Shown here: positions 13,111-27,323 of the stretch, piece after piece
How the letters are laid out: each line of letters begins with the position of its first letter
Numbering within the stretch: the stretch's first letter is position 1
Origin: the human T2T-CHM13v2.0 reference genome, Homo sapiens
Strand: one strand, 5' to 3'
Length of the DNA stretch: 64,000 bases
Assembly (NCBI RefSeq): GCF_009914755.1
Contig: NC_060926.1
Made by a program: the position numbers and the translations under genes
Notes under the pieces: generated by a model
The model's input: the letters and a program-made list of their open reading frames with translations, nothing else
What the model was told of the DNA's origin: nothing
The model's database searches: none

Positions 13111-16100
13111 ACCTCTCTGTATTATAACTTAAACCTCATGTGACTACAATTATTTCAAATGAAATAAACAAAACAGTAATGCCTGTTTCTAGCATATAAA
13201 ATAATCAGAGAACATAGAATTATACGAAGTTAAATTATTGGGCCATTTACTTAATTTAAATATTTTTAAATGCTTGTACCCATTTTGCTTGAAGGTGTGT
13301 GCAAGTATGCTTGTATTTTTTTAACGATAATATGGTCACATGAGCATTAATTCTTTTTTTTTAAGTTTATAGTTACCCCACACAAGTTCTTATTGATTCC
13401 CTCATTCTTAACACCTGCATAGTATTTCATTTTATAATTAATGGATTGTAGGTTTATTCTTTTAAAATCACTTGTGTTGTTCTCATGTATTTTTTTTTTT
13501 CACTAAAAAGTGTTGCAATGCACAAAACTAAAAATATAACGAGGGTCTTTTCTGGATCTCTGTTGAAAAACTTTGAATAAAAATTACAAGTTCAAAATCA
13601 CATGCAAAATAAACATTTTAATTAATAGGGCTTTTGTGCAAGATGTTAGCAGCAGCAGCAGCACAGTTTTATTAATATCCCTGAATCTCTCACAAAAACT
13701 GACTGAGCAACTGGGATAACAAGGTATTAACTATGACAAAACAATGTAACAGGGTGTCATCATGGACCTTTTGTGAGGTTAAACCACAGGGACCCAGGCG
13801 AATCACCAATTTTTTTGGAAGAAGGAAAGGAAAGAAAAAAATGTTTAATGGCCCTGGGAACTGGAAAACCTAGAAATACAAGCGCTAACATCTATGTTCC
13901 TAAATTCAGAGATTCTTACTAGGCAAAAAGAACTCAGCAGATTAATCTGACAACAGCAGCTGAGGCTGGCAGAAGGCTTCCTGGACCTCAACTCATAGCT
14001 GAGAGTGAGGATGGCAAAAAGCAGGTGCTGTGAGTGGTCTGTTTCCTATGAACCCTACAAATTAACCACCCCCAAAACAAAGCCCTGTCCTAAGGAGAAA
14101 CTGCAGGAAGTCAATTATAAATTGAGTTGGGAAGCACACTGAGGCTCAAGAAAAGGGAAGCTCCAGGTTAAGATGCAAGAGAAGAAGGGAAAAGGCAGTT
14201 TTCTGCAAGTTCAAGCACAAATAATTTCTTTACCTTCTAGTTCTGGAAATACCAGGTGCTGTGTATGTAAAGCAGGAATTTTGGTTGAATATTATATAAT
14301 TTTCTGACCCACTGTTACTAATCCAGTTTCCCCTGTACTCAGGTCTTCCATGCTACAGGCAGACTGACAGATGCTCAGCAAATAGTTGCTAATATTTTCT
14401 AGGTAACTAGGTGCTAAACGAGTTTTCTTAAATTTCTACCTCCAGGTCTGTAAGTTGATTTGAAGCATTACCAGTTTCTGGTTCTGCACAGGTTGTTGAG
14501 CGCAGGACTTCTCTCCTCCAGTGGAAAGTCCACCTGCTCACAATCAACCATCCTTTCCTGCGGCCTTGAGACACTACTCAGTGTAGCACGCCTCCCAGTC
14601 TAGAATAGGCACACTCATCATCAGTCTCTCTCATTTTCTGTCTTATCTCCATTCCATCTACATACAGTTTTTGTTTTCGCCAATGTTTTTAACTAAACAA
14701 CTGTACAAGCACAACAATGACAACAGAAACCTCCCTTCCCCCAGTGTTGTAGTGAGCAAGGAATATATTTAACTTCAAATAAAAGACAAAAACAAATGCT
14801 GGATAAAGCTGACAGAAAGAAATGCAACTGTAGGTGCTCTGGCAATATAGAAATGATACAACTAAGAAAAATGGAAGAAAAGGAAAGAGAAAGTATTTCT
14901 CAGAATGATTTTACTGACTGCTCATCTGTAATGCCTGGGAGTCAAAGGATATTGTTTATAGAAATGTAAGCATACTTAATGGCACCAGGGGAATCAAAGT
15001 TAATATGATTAAATCAAATTGTGGGATGAAAAATCACATAGGAAGGACAAGAAAGAGAATACAGCTAATACCATTGTTCTTAGTCTAGAGACATTAGCTA
15101 CTGTCTAAAGAAAGCGATGATTTTATGAAATTACATAAGGTAGTCATCAGAATAAAAGTTTAACTCTTCCAAATATCACAACATCAAAACAAAAGCAATA
15201 AAAACAAACAAGACAGCAAAAGACAGATATGTGCATATAAATCATAGCATAATATACTGTAATCAAAATATAACCAAACACAATTTATCATTAAAAGTAA
15301 GTGGGCTTGACTCTTATTAGAGGAAAAAATATTGTCAGATTAAATCAAAAAGCAAATCTCAATTCTATGCTGGATATAAGATAAAGTGTTACAGAAAGTT
15401 TAGAAATAAAAGTATAGGCAATGAATAAAAGGATCTTCTCTTCATGCGTTAGGAGTATAAAACAGTACGTAAACACATCATACGTTTTCTGTTTTTACCC
15501 TTAAATGGCTGGAGATGTTACACCACTAGTATGAATCTACTTCAGATATATAAAGGATACATTTTTATGTGGTTAGAAACAGCAATGATAATAGTTAAGG
15601 TGAAAATAACATCTGCATTGATGCTAGGAAGAAAGAGCCATTGTTGGGTACACAGTGATTACATTACCATGGAGCAATCTGTTCCCAACTGAAATGTCCT
15701 TGCCCTTCTACTGAAATCATGTAAGATTCTGCAAAAGTAGTGTTTACTTCCCACAAATCAGCCATTTGTGGGAATGGCTGCTATTGTTGTCCACACGGAA
15801 TGAGCATTAGACCTATATTTAGCTGTTGTATCATTAAGAGTCATATTTGGCCCTTTCCAGAGGCTATTATTTCAATTATATTTTGGAGAATTAGTCTATT
15901 TCCAGGCAAATAATTTTTCCAGAACTTTGATCCATATGAAACGTCCCTTTGGTAGGGATCCAGGGATTGAGTTTATTTTTAATTATTGTAGCATCCTGGT
16001 CAGGTTGAGAAACAGATTACCTTTATACTTCCCTGGCATGTGAGCAGGGCTAGATTTAGCGTGAGAATGCTTGAAAGTTTATAGTTTTTTTAGAAATTTT

Positions 16101-16449
16101 ATTTACAGTGTGTCTCTTTATCAAAATAAAATTAATGCTGAAAAGCTATATTAAATGAATTATTTTGAGATGGTCTCTTCCCCCTTCTTCCAATGAGAGG
16201 ATATCCACAGATATGTCAGGAGCTTGCTTTACCTAGAAATGTGTTGAGGGCCACAGGTTTGGGTTCACCTAGGAATGTTTAGGGACACCTCCCCAAGTTG
16301 TTGTTGAAGAGTGGGGTAAATGTAAGATAGAATTAGGCTCACAGAGGCCAGATGAGAGCATCATGTCACCCCAGAAACACAGCATATACCTAGGAGATCT
16401 GTTCTCAGTATCAAAGTCTTAAGCACTGTAAGATTGCCTATAGACCAAG

Positions 16450-16457
<8 letters not shown>

Positions 16458-16507
<50 letters not shown>
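16458..16507. repeat. (TA)n microsatellite
   Basis: Seen directly. Confidence 0.97.
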
Positions 16508-16511
<4 letters not shown>

Positions 16512-17483
16512 ATAAAATCAGTTAATATATACACATATATTTATTTATTTATTAACTTATTTTCATTTTTATCTTCAGACAGCATCTTGCTCTGTCACCT
16601 AGGCTGGAGTGCAGTAGTGCAATTAAGGTTCACTGCAGCCTTGACCTCTGGGGCTGAAGCTATCGTCCTGCCTCAGTCTCCTAAAGTGCTAGGATGAGAG
16701 GTGTGAGTCACCTTGCCAGGCCCAGGGCAATAACTATGCAATGTTTATATAATTTGGAGCAAAAAATATTTGAAATATGTGTGCATTGCTTTTTAACCTT
16801 TTCTATTGATTTACTTTATTAAATACTGAACAGAAACAATATATTTATAAAATATTGATTTTATATATATAATAAGCACATAATGAACACCTGTGTCTCC
16901 AGTCTTGGTTTAAGAAATTAAGCCAAAAGTAATCATAAGTGCTTATGATTACTTTTGAAGTCACCTGTACAACTTTTGCTGACTACATCCCCTTCTTCAA
17001 CACTCTAACGATGGCCACTGTGAGCACTGTGTATATTGAATTGTGTTGTATTTTAATACCGTGTGCACTACATTGTTTTCCTAGCTGTATGCTATTGCAT
17101 TTAGTGAGCATAATGAATTATATCAGTATAATTCACTTTTGTCATTTCATTGTTTCAGATTTTCTGTACTAATTATTGCCAATATACTTCTACTGGCATA
17201 AAAACAGACACATAGGACAGTGGAACAGAATAGAGATCGCAGACAAATCTACACATTTACAAACAACTCATCTCTGACAAAGGCATCAAGAACATACACT
17301 GGGAAAACAACAGTCTTTTCAATAAATGATCCTGGGACAACTGAATAACTATATGTAGAAGGATAAAATTAAACCCATCTCACCATACACAAAAATCAAA
17401 TCAAATAAAAATTGATTAAGGACTTGAATCTGAGACCTGAAACTATGAAGCTAGTAAAAAACAAACAAACAAAAAAAAGACGT

Positions 17484-17720
17484 GGGCGCGGTGGCTCACG
17501 TCTGTAATCTCAGCACTTTGGGAGGCCAAGGCGGGCGGATCACAAGGTCAGGAGATCGAGACCACCCTGGCTAACACGGTGAAACTCCGTCTCTACTAAA
17601 AATACAAAAAAAAAAAAAAAAAAATTAGCGGGGCATGATGGTGGGCGCCTGTAGTCCCAGCTACTCGGGAGGCTGAGGCAGGAGAATGGTGTGGAAAAAA
17701 AAAAAAAAGAAAGAAAAAAA
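17484..17720 (+). mobile_element. AluY with truncated right arm
   Basis: Y-type GGAGATCGAGACCACCCTGGCTAACACGGTGAAAC; jumps from GGAGAATGGTGTGG straight into an A-tract. Confidence 0.9.
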
Positions 17721-18027
17721 GAAAGCATAGGAGAAATGCTCCAGGACATTAGTCTGGGCAAAGATTTTTTTGCGTAAGACCTCGGAAGCACAGGCAACCA
17801 AAGCAAAAATAGACAATGGGATTATATCAAACTAAAAAGCCTCAAGCAAAGGAAACAATCAATAAAGTGAAGAGCCAACCACAGAATGGGACAAAATATT
17901 TTCAAACTATCTATCTGATAAAGGATTAACAAGTAGAATATATAAGGAGCTCAAACAACTCAATAATAAACAAACAAAAAATCTGATTGAAAAATGGGCT
18001 ACTGAAGAGGCTGAGGTAGGAGGATTT

Positions 18028-18330
18028 CTTTTTTTTTTTTTTTTTTTTTTTAAGATGGAGTCTCGCTGTCGCCCAGGTTGGAGTGCAGTGGCACGATCTC
18101 GGCTCACTGCATGCTCTGCTCCCCCGGGGCTCACGCCATTCTCCTGCCTCAGCCTCTTGAGTAGCTGGGACTACAGGCGCCCGGCGCCAAGCCCGGCTAA
18201 TTTTTTGTATTTTTAGTAGAGACGGGGTTTCACCGTGTTAGCCAGGATGGTCTCGATCTCCTGACCTCGTGATCCGCCAGCCTCGGCCTCCCAAAGTGCT
18301 GGGAATACAGGCGTGAGCCACCGCGCCCGG
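18028..18330 (-). mobile_element. AluY nested in an older Alu monomer
   Basis: CpG-rich AluY with TSD AGGAGGATTTCTT at 18018-18030 and 18333-18345. Confidence 0.95.
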
Positions 18331-19341
18331 TCAGGAGGATTTCTTAATCCCAGGAGTTTGAGGTTACAGTGAGCTATGATTATGCTACTGCCCTTTAGCT
18401 TGGGTGACAAAGCAAGACCTTGCTTCTAAAAAAATAATAGTTAAAAATATATAAATAAATACAATTTAAAAATGGGCAGAAGATCTGAACAGATATTTTC
18501 TCAAAAGAAGACATACAAATGGCCAATAGGAAGATGAAAGAATGTTCAATATCACTAATCGTCAAAGAAATGCAAATCAAAATCACAATGCAATATCATC
18601 TCACCTTGGTTGAAATGACTTGTTTCAGAAAGACAGGCAATAACAGATGCTGGCAAGGATGTGGAGAAAGGGAAATACTAGTACACTGTTGGTGGGAATC
18701 CACATTAATAAAGCCACTATGGAGAACAGTATGGAGGTTCCTCAAAAAAGTAAAAATAGAACTACCATGTGGTCCAGCAATTTCTTTACTGGATATATAT
18801 CCAAAATAAAGGAAATTAATGTATCAAAGACATGTCTACATGCCGATGTGTACTGCAGCACTATTCACAATAGACAAAATATGGAATCAATGTAAGTGCT
18901 CATCAACAAATGAATAGATTTTAAAAGTCATATATATACATAATGGAATTCTACTCAGATACAAAGAAGAATGAAATTCTGTCATTCGCAGCAACATAGG
19001 TGGCGCTGGCCATTTGGCTTAACGTAATGAACATAGGCCATTATGTTAAGTGGAATGAGCCAAGCACAGAAAGGCAAATACCACATGTTGTCACTCATAT
19101 GTGGGCAGTAAAAAAGTGGATCTCATGAAGATAGAAAGTAAATTGGTGGTTGCTAGAGGCCAGCAAGGGGAGTGGGAAGAGGAGATTAAGAGAAGAAAAT
19201 ATAAATGTATTTATCACCACTAAACTGTCCTCTAAAAATGTACAGATGGTAAATTATATATATATTTTTTAACTCAATAAAAAGTTAAAAAAAATTCTGC
19301 TGTGTGTTTATAGGGCACATGTACGAGACTTTCTCTAGGGT

Positions 19342-19945
19342 TGTATCAGTTTTCTATTCCTGCTGTGACAATTTACCACAAATTCAGTGGCTTAAAAGAA
19401 CACATTTTTGTAAGATTTGAGTCAGTTTTAAAAAACACACACAAACTTATTGTCTTAGAATTGTTTTGGTTGGAAATCTGGCATGGCTCTCACTGAAATA
19501 ACATCAAGATGTTGGCAGGCTGCATTTCTTTCTGAAGGCTCTAAAAGAGCATCTGGGTTGTTGGCAGAATTCAGTTCCTTGTGGTTGTAGATCCTCAGTT
19601 TCTTCCTGGTTGTAAACTTTGGGTCATTCCCAGCTTCTAAAGGTCACTGGCTTTCCTTGGCTTGTGGCCCCCTACCACTGTTTTAAAAGCCAGTAATAGC
19701 AGGCCACATCTTTCTCATACTGCCATCTGTCTGAATCTCAGCATCCAGAAAATATTCTCTGCTCTCAAGGAATTATGAGATTGGCTCACCAAGGTAATTC
19801 AAGGTAATTTCCCCATTTCAATGCCCTTAATGGTAATCACATCTGCCAAGTCCCTTTGAACATGCTAACTTACGTTAGCATGTTCACCTTATCTGAAGAC
19901 TGGGATGTGGCTGTCTTTGGTGGGGGGCAATTATTCTGCCTAACC
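19342..19945 (-). mobile_element. MLT1-family MaLR solo LTR
   Basis: TGTATCAGTTTTCTATTCCTGCTGTGACAATTTACCACAAATTCAGTGGCTTAAAAG…GGGGGCAATTATTCTGCCTA. Confidence 0.85.
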
Positions 19946-20804
19946 CAAAGATACACAACTTGCAGATATACAACTAGTTCATGGAGATGAAACATTTTCA
20001 AATCTACAAGAAAATGTTTTCTAAAATGAGCATTTCATATTAGACTTTCACGAGCACTGTATCAGAATTATATTTACTTCATAATGTTGCCAATACTGAT
20101 ATCAGGTATTTAATTTTCTAGCCAGTTCAGGATAATGTGAATTGTGAATAATATATTTGTTCATTCAGTCAACAAACATGTTTTATCAGATACCACCGAT
20201 ATGCTGGTCAGTGTCATGGATCCTAAAAATATAGCTGTTATTATTATTTTTTTAAACAAAGTCCCCACTGTGATAAAGCTTTTATTCTTTGGGACAGGCA
20301 GACAGTAATCCAGATAAATAAATGCAAGGGCAAATTGGGGGAAAAATTGGAATGGAGAGCTCAGAATCTGGCCCCAGAGAAGGGCAGAGGGAAAGGGGAC
20401 CCAGTTCAGACTCTCGGTGCGTCCACATCAAACAATTCCATGAGGGCTGAGGAGACACAGCTGAAAGGCTTGTCTGACATCACAACAGACAGAAAAGTGA
20501 GCCCCATTTTCATCTCTATCCTGACAATGTTCCTGGCTTGATTTCCTCCTTCCAGCAGACACAAGAATCAGGGAGCGCACCCTGATGGTAACATTTTTGT
20601 CAGGGGCCTATTTTGGGGATCCTGGTGAGAACCTGAGTCCGTCACTGTCCACGGCAGCCCAGCATGGTCCCCAGTGCGTAGGCCAAGGCCAAGATTCTCT
20701 ACCTCCATCCTGGAGGCAGAAGAAATGTCTGGGGGAAAATGAGAGGTTTTAGGTGGTTGGCACTGGGTGAGACCAAGGAGAAATTTTAAAGCTGTGTGTC
20801 CTGG

Positions 20805-21121
20805 GGCCGGGGGCGGTGGCTCACGCCTGTAATCCCAGCACTTTGAGAGGCCGAGGTGGGCAGATCACGAGGTCAGGAGATTGAGACCATCCTGGCTAAC
20901 GGTGAAACCCCGTCTCTACTAAAAATACAAAAAATTAGCCGGGCTTGGTGGCGGGCACCTGTAGTCCCAGCTACTCGGGAGACTGAGGCAGGAGAATGGC
21001 ATGAACCGGGAGGCCCAGCTTGCAGTGAGCTAAGATTGCGCCACTGCACTCCAGCCTGGGTGACAGAAAGAGACTCCTTCTCAAAAAATAAACTAAAATA
21101 AAATAAAAATAGAAAATAGAA
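20805..21121 (+). mobile_element. AluY
   Basis: Full dimer; TSD AAAGCTGTGTGTCCT at 20788-20802 and 21122-21136. Confidence 0.96.
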
Positions 21122-21299
21122 AAAGCTGTGTGTCCTTTGTTTCTTCATATTTTGCAGATTTTTGATGTCAAAATATTTTCATAGTCAAAAGAGTGTTAAT
21201 AAAGAATGACTTCTCTGTTATAAAAACCCTAATAGTGAATGTATTTACCAAGAAGTTAGATTCTGTCTTTGGTTTTTTGTTTTTTGCCCCGTAGTTTTT

Positions 21300-22200
21300 T
21301 AAAAATAGTTTTATTGTATGGATATTCTACAGTTGGTGTATCTATTCAACTCTTGATGGACATTTGGTTTGCTTCCAGTTGTTTTTGCTATTTCAAATAA
21401 AGTTGCTACGAATGTTTGTCCAATAGTTTGGACATACGCTTTCATTTGTCTTGGGCAAATAAGCAGGATTTGAATGACTAGGTGGTGTGATATGTTTAAC
21501 TTTTTTTTTTTTTTTGAGACGGAGTCTCGCTCTGTCGCCCAGGCTGGAGTGCAGTGGTGCATCGCGGCTCACTGCAAGCTCCGCCTCCCGGGTTCATGCC
21601 ATTCTCCTGCCTCAGCCTCCGGAGTAGCTGGGATTACAGGCGCTGGCCACCACGCCCGGCTAATTTTTTGTATTTTTAGTAGATACGGGGTTTCACCGCG
21701 TTAGCTAGGATGGTCTCGATTTCCCGACCTCGTGATCCTCCCGCCTTGGCCTCCCAAAGTGCTGGGATTACAGGCATGAGCCACCGCTCCCAGCCAGTTT
21801 AACTTTTAAAGAAACTGACAAAGTGGCTGTATTTCCAGCAGCAGTGTATGAGCATTCCTGTTCCTTTGTGTTCTCACCAATGTTTAGTATGGTCAGTCTT
21901 TTAAATTTTAGCTATTCTAATAGGCATGTAACAGTATCTCATTGTGGTTTTAATTTACATTTCCCTAATGATGAATGATGTTGAACATCTTTCCATGTGC
22001 TGACGTATCATCCATCTGTATTCTATGGTGAAATGTCTGTTCAGATCTCTACATTTGTGTTAGACTATTTGTTTTCCTATTATTGAGTCCTGAGAGTTCT
22101 TTGTATATTTTGGATAACAAATGTATCTTCACCAGATATAGCTTTTGTAAATTTTTACTCCCAGTCTGTGATTTGTCTTTTTATTCTCTCGATAGTGTTT
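21300..22200 (-). mobile_element. Old L1 (L1MB-like) fragment
   Basis: GATGGACATTTGGTTTGCTTCCAG, TATCTCATTGTGGTTTTAATTTACATTTCCCTAATG. Confidence 0.8.
21500..21795 (-). mobile_element. AluY
   Basis: GCAAGCTCCGCCTCCCGGGTTCATGCCATT; TSD GTTTAACTTTT on both sides. Confidence 0.95.
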
Positions 22201-22202
22201 TT

Positions 22203-22496
22203 CTTTCTTTTTTTTTTTTTTTTTTTTTTGACTGAGTCTGGCTCTGTCACCCAGGCTGGATTGCGGTGGCACGATCTCGGCTCACTGCAAGCTCAGCCTC
22301 CTGGGTTCACGCCATTCTCCTGCCTCAGCCTCTACGAGTGGCTGGGACTACAGGCGCCCGCCACTACGCCCGGCTAATTTTTTGTATTTCTGGTAGAGAG
22401 GGGTTTCATCGTGGTCTAGATCGCCTGACCTCGTGATCCACCCACCTCGGCCTCCCAAAGTGCTGGGATTACAAGCGTTAGCCACCGCGCCTGGCC
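22203..22496 (-). mobile_element. AluY
   Basis: Y-type motifs; imperfect TSD GATAGTGTTTTT / GACAGTGTTTTT. Confidence 0.93.
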
Positions 22497-22715
22497 TCTG
22501 GACAGTGTTTTTCACAGGTCAGATTAATTTTTATATAAATCATTTATTTTATTTTTATTATGTAAAATTTTATAATTTTTAATTTTATTTTTAATTTCCT
22601 TTTTAAAAGGTAAATAAAATTTTAAGTGTAATGATGCAAAATTTTGTTTAAAGGTAAATGTATATAAAAGTGTTGATATAGACTAAAAAATTGAATAAGT
22701 AAGAAGGTAGTTAGT

Positions 22716-23030
22716 TGTCACAGTAGGAGTGAAGTGAAAAGCTTCCCCTTTCACCCTCTGAAGATTACCCGAAATGAACTGACCATACACAGATTAATAA
22801 AAGAAAGGGTATACAAACTTACTTAACCTGCAAAAACATGAGAGCTATACACAAAGTATAAGACTTGAAGATGGCTCAGATCTTAAACGCTCTCCTCATA
22901 GGCAATAGATATATAGACCCAGGATGCAGAAATTATTTTGTAAATAATTTCCTTTGGAAGCTGGATGGGACAGACAAATTACGGAAAGGTGAGAGATGGA
23001 ACTGCACAGGAAAAAATTTTGTCTTTGTCA
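22716..23030 (-). mobile_element. ERV1 (MER4-group) LTR fragment
   Basis: CAGATTAATAAAAGAAAGGGTATACAAACTT resembles the reverse 3' end of MER4-group LTRs; subfamily not assignable. Confidence 0.45.
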
Positions 23031-23129
23031 CTTTAATCTTATCATTACTAGAGAATATTTATGAATATTTTACAATAATATATTTTTAAGCCCAAACCTC
23101 ACCAAATGTTTTTTCTAAAACAAATACTT

Positions 23130-23675
<546 letters not shown>

Positions 23676-25283
23676 CCATTGGTAGCGTTTTTAACAATTG
23701 TGGGCCACTGAGTAAGAATAATTTTTTTTTAAATTAAAGGTTATTTTTTAAAAAGCACATTTGTAGAAAATTACTAGCATAATCTGCCTAAAATAAATAT
23801 ACATATTGAAAAAATGTTTTCTCTGAACAAAAAGAAATATATTCACCACACATACATACATACACACACACACGCACACACGCACACACACACATTATGG
23901 AAGATTTCAAGACCAGGCAATAATTTCCACTCAATCCAAAAACAATGCAATCCCAGAGCTGAATATTTACGTGAAAAATATATCAGGAATGGGAAGCATT
24001 CAGGTTTAATTTTCATGTTTTGGTAGAGTTAGGATGTGAGTTTTCATTTAAAAATATTCTTTATTTTGTTGCTACTATTGTGGTTTCTGTATTGTTACTA
24101 TACAATCTGTAAACTAAATAGTAAAGGAGAGAAAATGATTTTCAAAGAAGCTGGCTTGGGAACAGGTACTATTCTGGGAAGATGAAAGGTTTCACTTAAT
24201 GACTGGTACCTGTGCCACTCTGGTTATTTTAACTGTTAACCTTTTAGGAAGAGGTTTTTCTTTTAAAAGACATCCTTTAATATTTGGGAAGCTAGTGCAA
24301 TAGTACACATTGAGGCCCACATACCACATGCCAAATATTTAAAAGGCATATTTCTAGTTAACCACTGTACATACATATATTTTTCTCTCTTATTTTCTTA
24401 TTTTAGTTTTTTTCCTTGTCAACAATTTATGTCCACACATATCTTCTATCATCCCACTTTGACAAGTAATATTATACCTTCAAAATGATGTGGAAGACTA
24501 GATTGGAATTTAGAACCATAGAACCTTGTAATTGTACAGGCAAGTTTCTTCCTGGGAAAAAATAAAACAGGAAGAAAAGGCTGAGCAGCCTCTGGTTCAG
24601 GAAGGAAATTTGGGAGTCCCTTATAGCAGCATCTCTAGTACTTGGGAACCGAACAGACTTCTCTGCCTGTGAGGCTGGAATGGGCCCTTCTGGAGAACAC
24701 GACAGAGAAGTTATCTACTGCCTTTGCCCCCAGGGCCCAGGCAACACTTTTACCCTCCATTGCTTGTTTCCGAAGTTAAGGGGAGGAGACAATGTTTTGT
24801 TTAGTGACCTCGACAGAAAAGGTGTCCTCCTGCAACCACTCATTTGTTACTTTTCTTCTTCCTGAATTGCCTGGACCCACTCCTCCTCCATTTGACTGGC
24901 TCTGTGCACTGATGTTATAGTCAGGAGATTTTTGGGAATTGTGGCTTCTAAAAATGTACACCCAACTCTACCCATAGCTGGCCCTGTGAACCTACACACC
25001 TGTTCCACTGTGTCTCCATCTCATAGAGACACTTTTCCTGCTGAGTCTCTGCCCTCTGCTCCTAGATCCAAATGGCATCTCCTACCCTATCCCTGTATGG
25101 CTTAACCTAGGGAAACTCTTTCCCAGAGGAGTCAGGTAAGGAGACGGTGGCTGAGCTTCTTACAGACTTAAAGGAGACATCCTGGAATTTAGGATTCCAT
25201 CCTTCCTTTCTGTCTCCCTGGCAGCTCCTGCTGCTGCTCAAAGCTTAGCTTTGTCTCTCATCCATCTCAGACTGTTGCTGGTC

Positions 25284-25445
25284 CTGATGGCCTCTGCTTA
25301 GCTGTATTAGTACGTTCTTGCATTGCTATAAAGAAATACAAGAGAAATACCTTTAGTTGGCTCATGGTTCCATAGGCTATGCAGGAAGCATGGTGGTTTC
25401 TGCTTCCGGGGAGGCCTCAGGAAACTTTTACTCAAGGTGCAGGGC
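25284..25445 (-). mobile_element. MST-family MaLR LTR fragment
   Basis: TGTATTAGTACGTTCTTGCATTGCTATAAAGAAATAC…GGAAGCATGG…GAGGCCTCAGGAAAC. Confidence 0.85.
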
Positions 25446-26326
25446 AAAAAAAAAAAAAAAAAAAAAAACTACCAGCACTGCACTGTGAGGCCCTGATCCC
25501 TGAGCTAACTTCATATTATTACCTCTACAGCAAGTGTCTGTGAGAACATAGATATATTTCTTATGTGAGTACACAATTTACAGAAGAGGAACTACCCTCC
25601 CAAACCAAAACAAAATGTCATAATTTTAATTTACCAGCAAACCTAGCTTGCTTCTGTGAAATGATCTCATTTGCTGAGTTTTAAAATTGACTAAATTTCC
25701 CAATTTCCAAATGAAAATATTTAGTTATCTTGTCTTGCTATGTGTTTTTGGTTAATATGATGATTAATTTTTGGTCTATTACTTAATACATTCCATGATT
25801 GTTGATATGGATTATAAGGACTCACAAAATAGTTTTCAGATGTCTTTAATTTTTTTACTTAGTGTAGATCCTATAAATGGATTAGGAGTATTCTATTAAC
25901 TCCCATGTATTCAGAAATCGAATTGGAATGGTAAATTCTGTTTGAGGAAACAAGGGATTTCAAAGGAAAAAAAATAATTTTGTGACTATGTCTTCTATAC
26001 GTAAATTTTTCAGGCATCTTTATCAATGGCTTATACTAAAGACATTTTCTGGATCATGGGTGATAGACAGAAGACATGTGGATAAGTGGCATTGTGTACT
26101 CTACTGCATTTTATCATCTGGTTTATTTTTAAACTTTTATTTCTCTTAAGGATGTTTTATTAACCGGTCCATAACCTGGTTAACAGTCTCTGGAACACTA
26201 AACTTACCAGAAAATACTTGTTGATTGAATTAACAAGAAAATAACATTAGAAAACAGTGGTGGCTTGTTTTTGTCTGTTGCAGTATCTTGGAGAGTAAAG
26301 CCTAACTCTTTAATTTTGGCCAAAGG

Positions 26327-26418
26327 TATAAAGAAATACCTGAGAAACACCTTTAGTTGGCTCATGGTTCCGTAGGCTATACAGGAAGCATGGTGGTTTC
26401 TGCTTCTGGGGAGTCCTC
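26327..26418 (-). mobile_element. Second copy of the same MST fragment
   Basis: Near-identical to 25326-25418. Confidence 0.8.
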
Positions 26419-26654
26419 CAACACTTACTGGCAGGGTAATTTTGAAGAAGTCATGATAAGATGGTTGTTACAATTAAATGAAATAATCAAAGTGGAAGAG
26501 CTTAGTTAGCTGTCTTCCCTAAATGAATCACTGGCAAGTAAGAGTGTGATTGATTTTCCTGCTAGTCAGGACTCACCCCTTGAAGCTATAGGAGGGTAAA
26601 CCTCTGAAGACCATACAATTTAGGGAACACTAACAACTCAAAAACTCTGTAAAC

Positions 26655-27061
26655 TTCCTTCCTTCCTTTTCTTCCTTCCTTCCTTCCTTGCTTCCTTCCT
26701 TCCTTCCTTCCTTCCTTCCTTCCTTCCTTCCTTCCTCTTTCCCTCCCTCCCTCTCTCTCTCTTTCTTTCTTTGTTCATTTTTGAGACAGAGTCTTGCTCT
26801 GTCATTCAGGCTAGAGTGTAGTGGCTGGATTACAGCTCACTGCCGCCTTGACCTCCTGGGCTCAAGCAATCCTCTCACCTCAGCCTCCCTAGTAGCTGGG
26901 ACTATTGGCATGCTTAGCTAATTTTTTCCTCCTTTTCTTTTTGTAGAGGCAGGGTCTCATCATGTTGCCCAGGCTGGTCTTGGATTCCTTGGATCAAGCA
27001 ATCCTGCTGCCTCAGCCTCCCAAAGTGCTGGATTACAAGCATGAGCCACTGTGCCCAGCCT
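26655..27061 (-). mobile_element. AluJ with its tail expanded into (CCTT)n/(CT)n
   Basis: (CTTC)n run at 26655-26770 adjoining GAGACAGAGTCTTGCTCTG…GTGCCCAGCC. Confidence 0.9.
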
Positions 27062-27323
27062 TAAGTTTTTTCATACAGGAGGAAAGAATTTGGGAGTGTA
27101 GGTGTGTGTGTGTGTGTGTGTTGGTTAGGGAGCCAACACATTTTTCTGCAAAGCTTGAATTCTGTGCCTCAGTTTTTCATTTTTGTTATGTGCATAATAA
27201 AATCGTATCCTGCTATAGATTTAAACCTGTGAGCGGAGCTTACTCAAAACCTGATTCAAACTTTGTGTAGATCTTTGTCTCTCTATGGCATAAGAATAAA
27301 TTCTTCTGGTTTTCTTCCCTCAG

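Larger units (their letters stand above)
17185..19295 (+). mobile_element. Old L1 (L1MA-like) 3' portion with nested Alus
   Basis: TACTGGCATAAAAACAGACACATAG… ; ORF2 C-terminal remnant ([13 protein letters not shown]…CWQGCGERE…HCWWE); L1 3' UTR. Confidence 0.9.

Noticed and set aside
15480-16440. Possible 3' UTR or terminal exon near the AATAAA/A-rich signals
   Set aside because: No recognisable coding sequence or splice structure.
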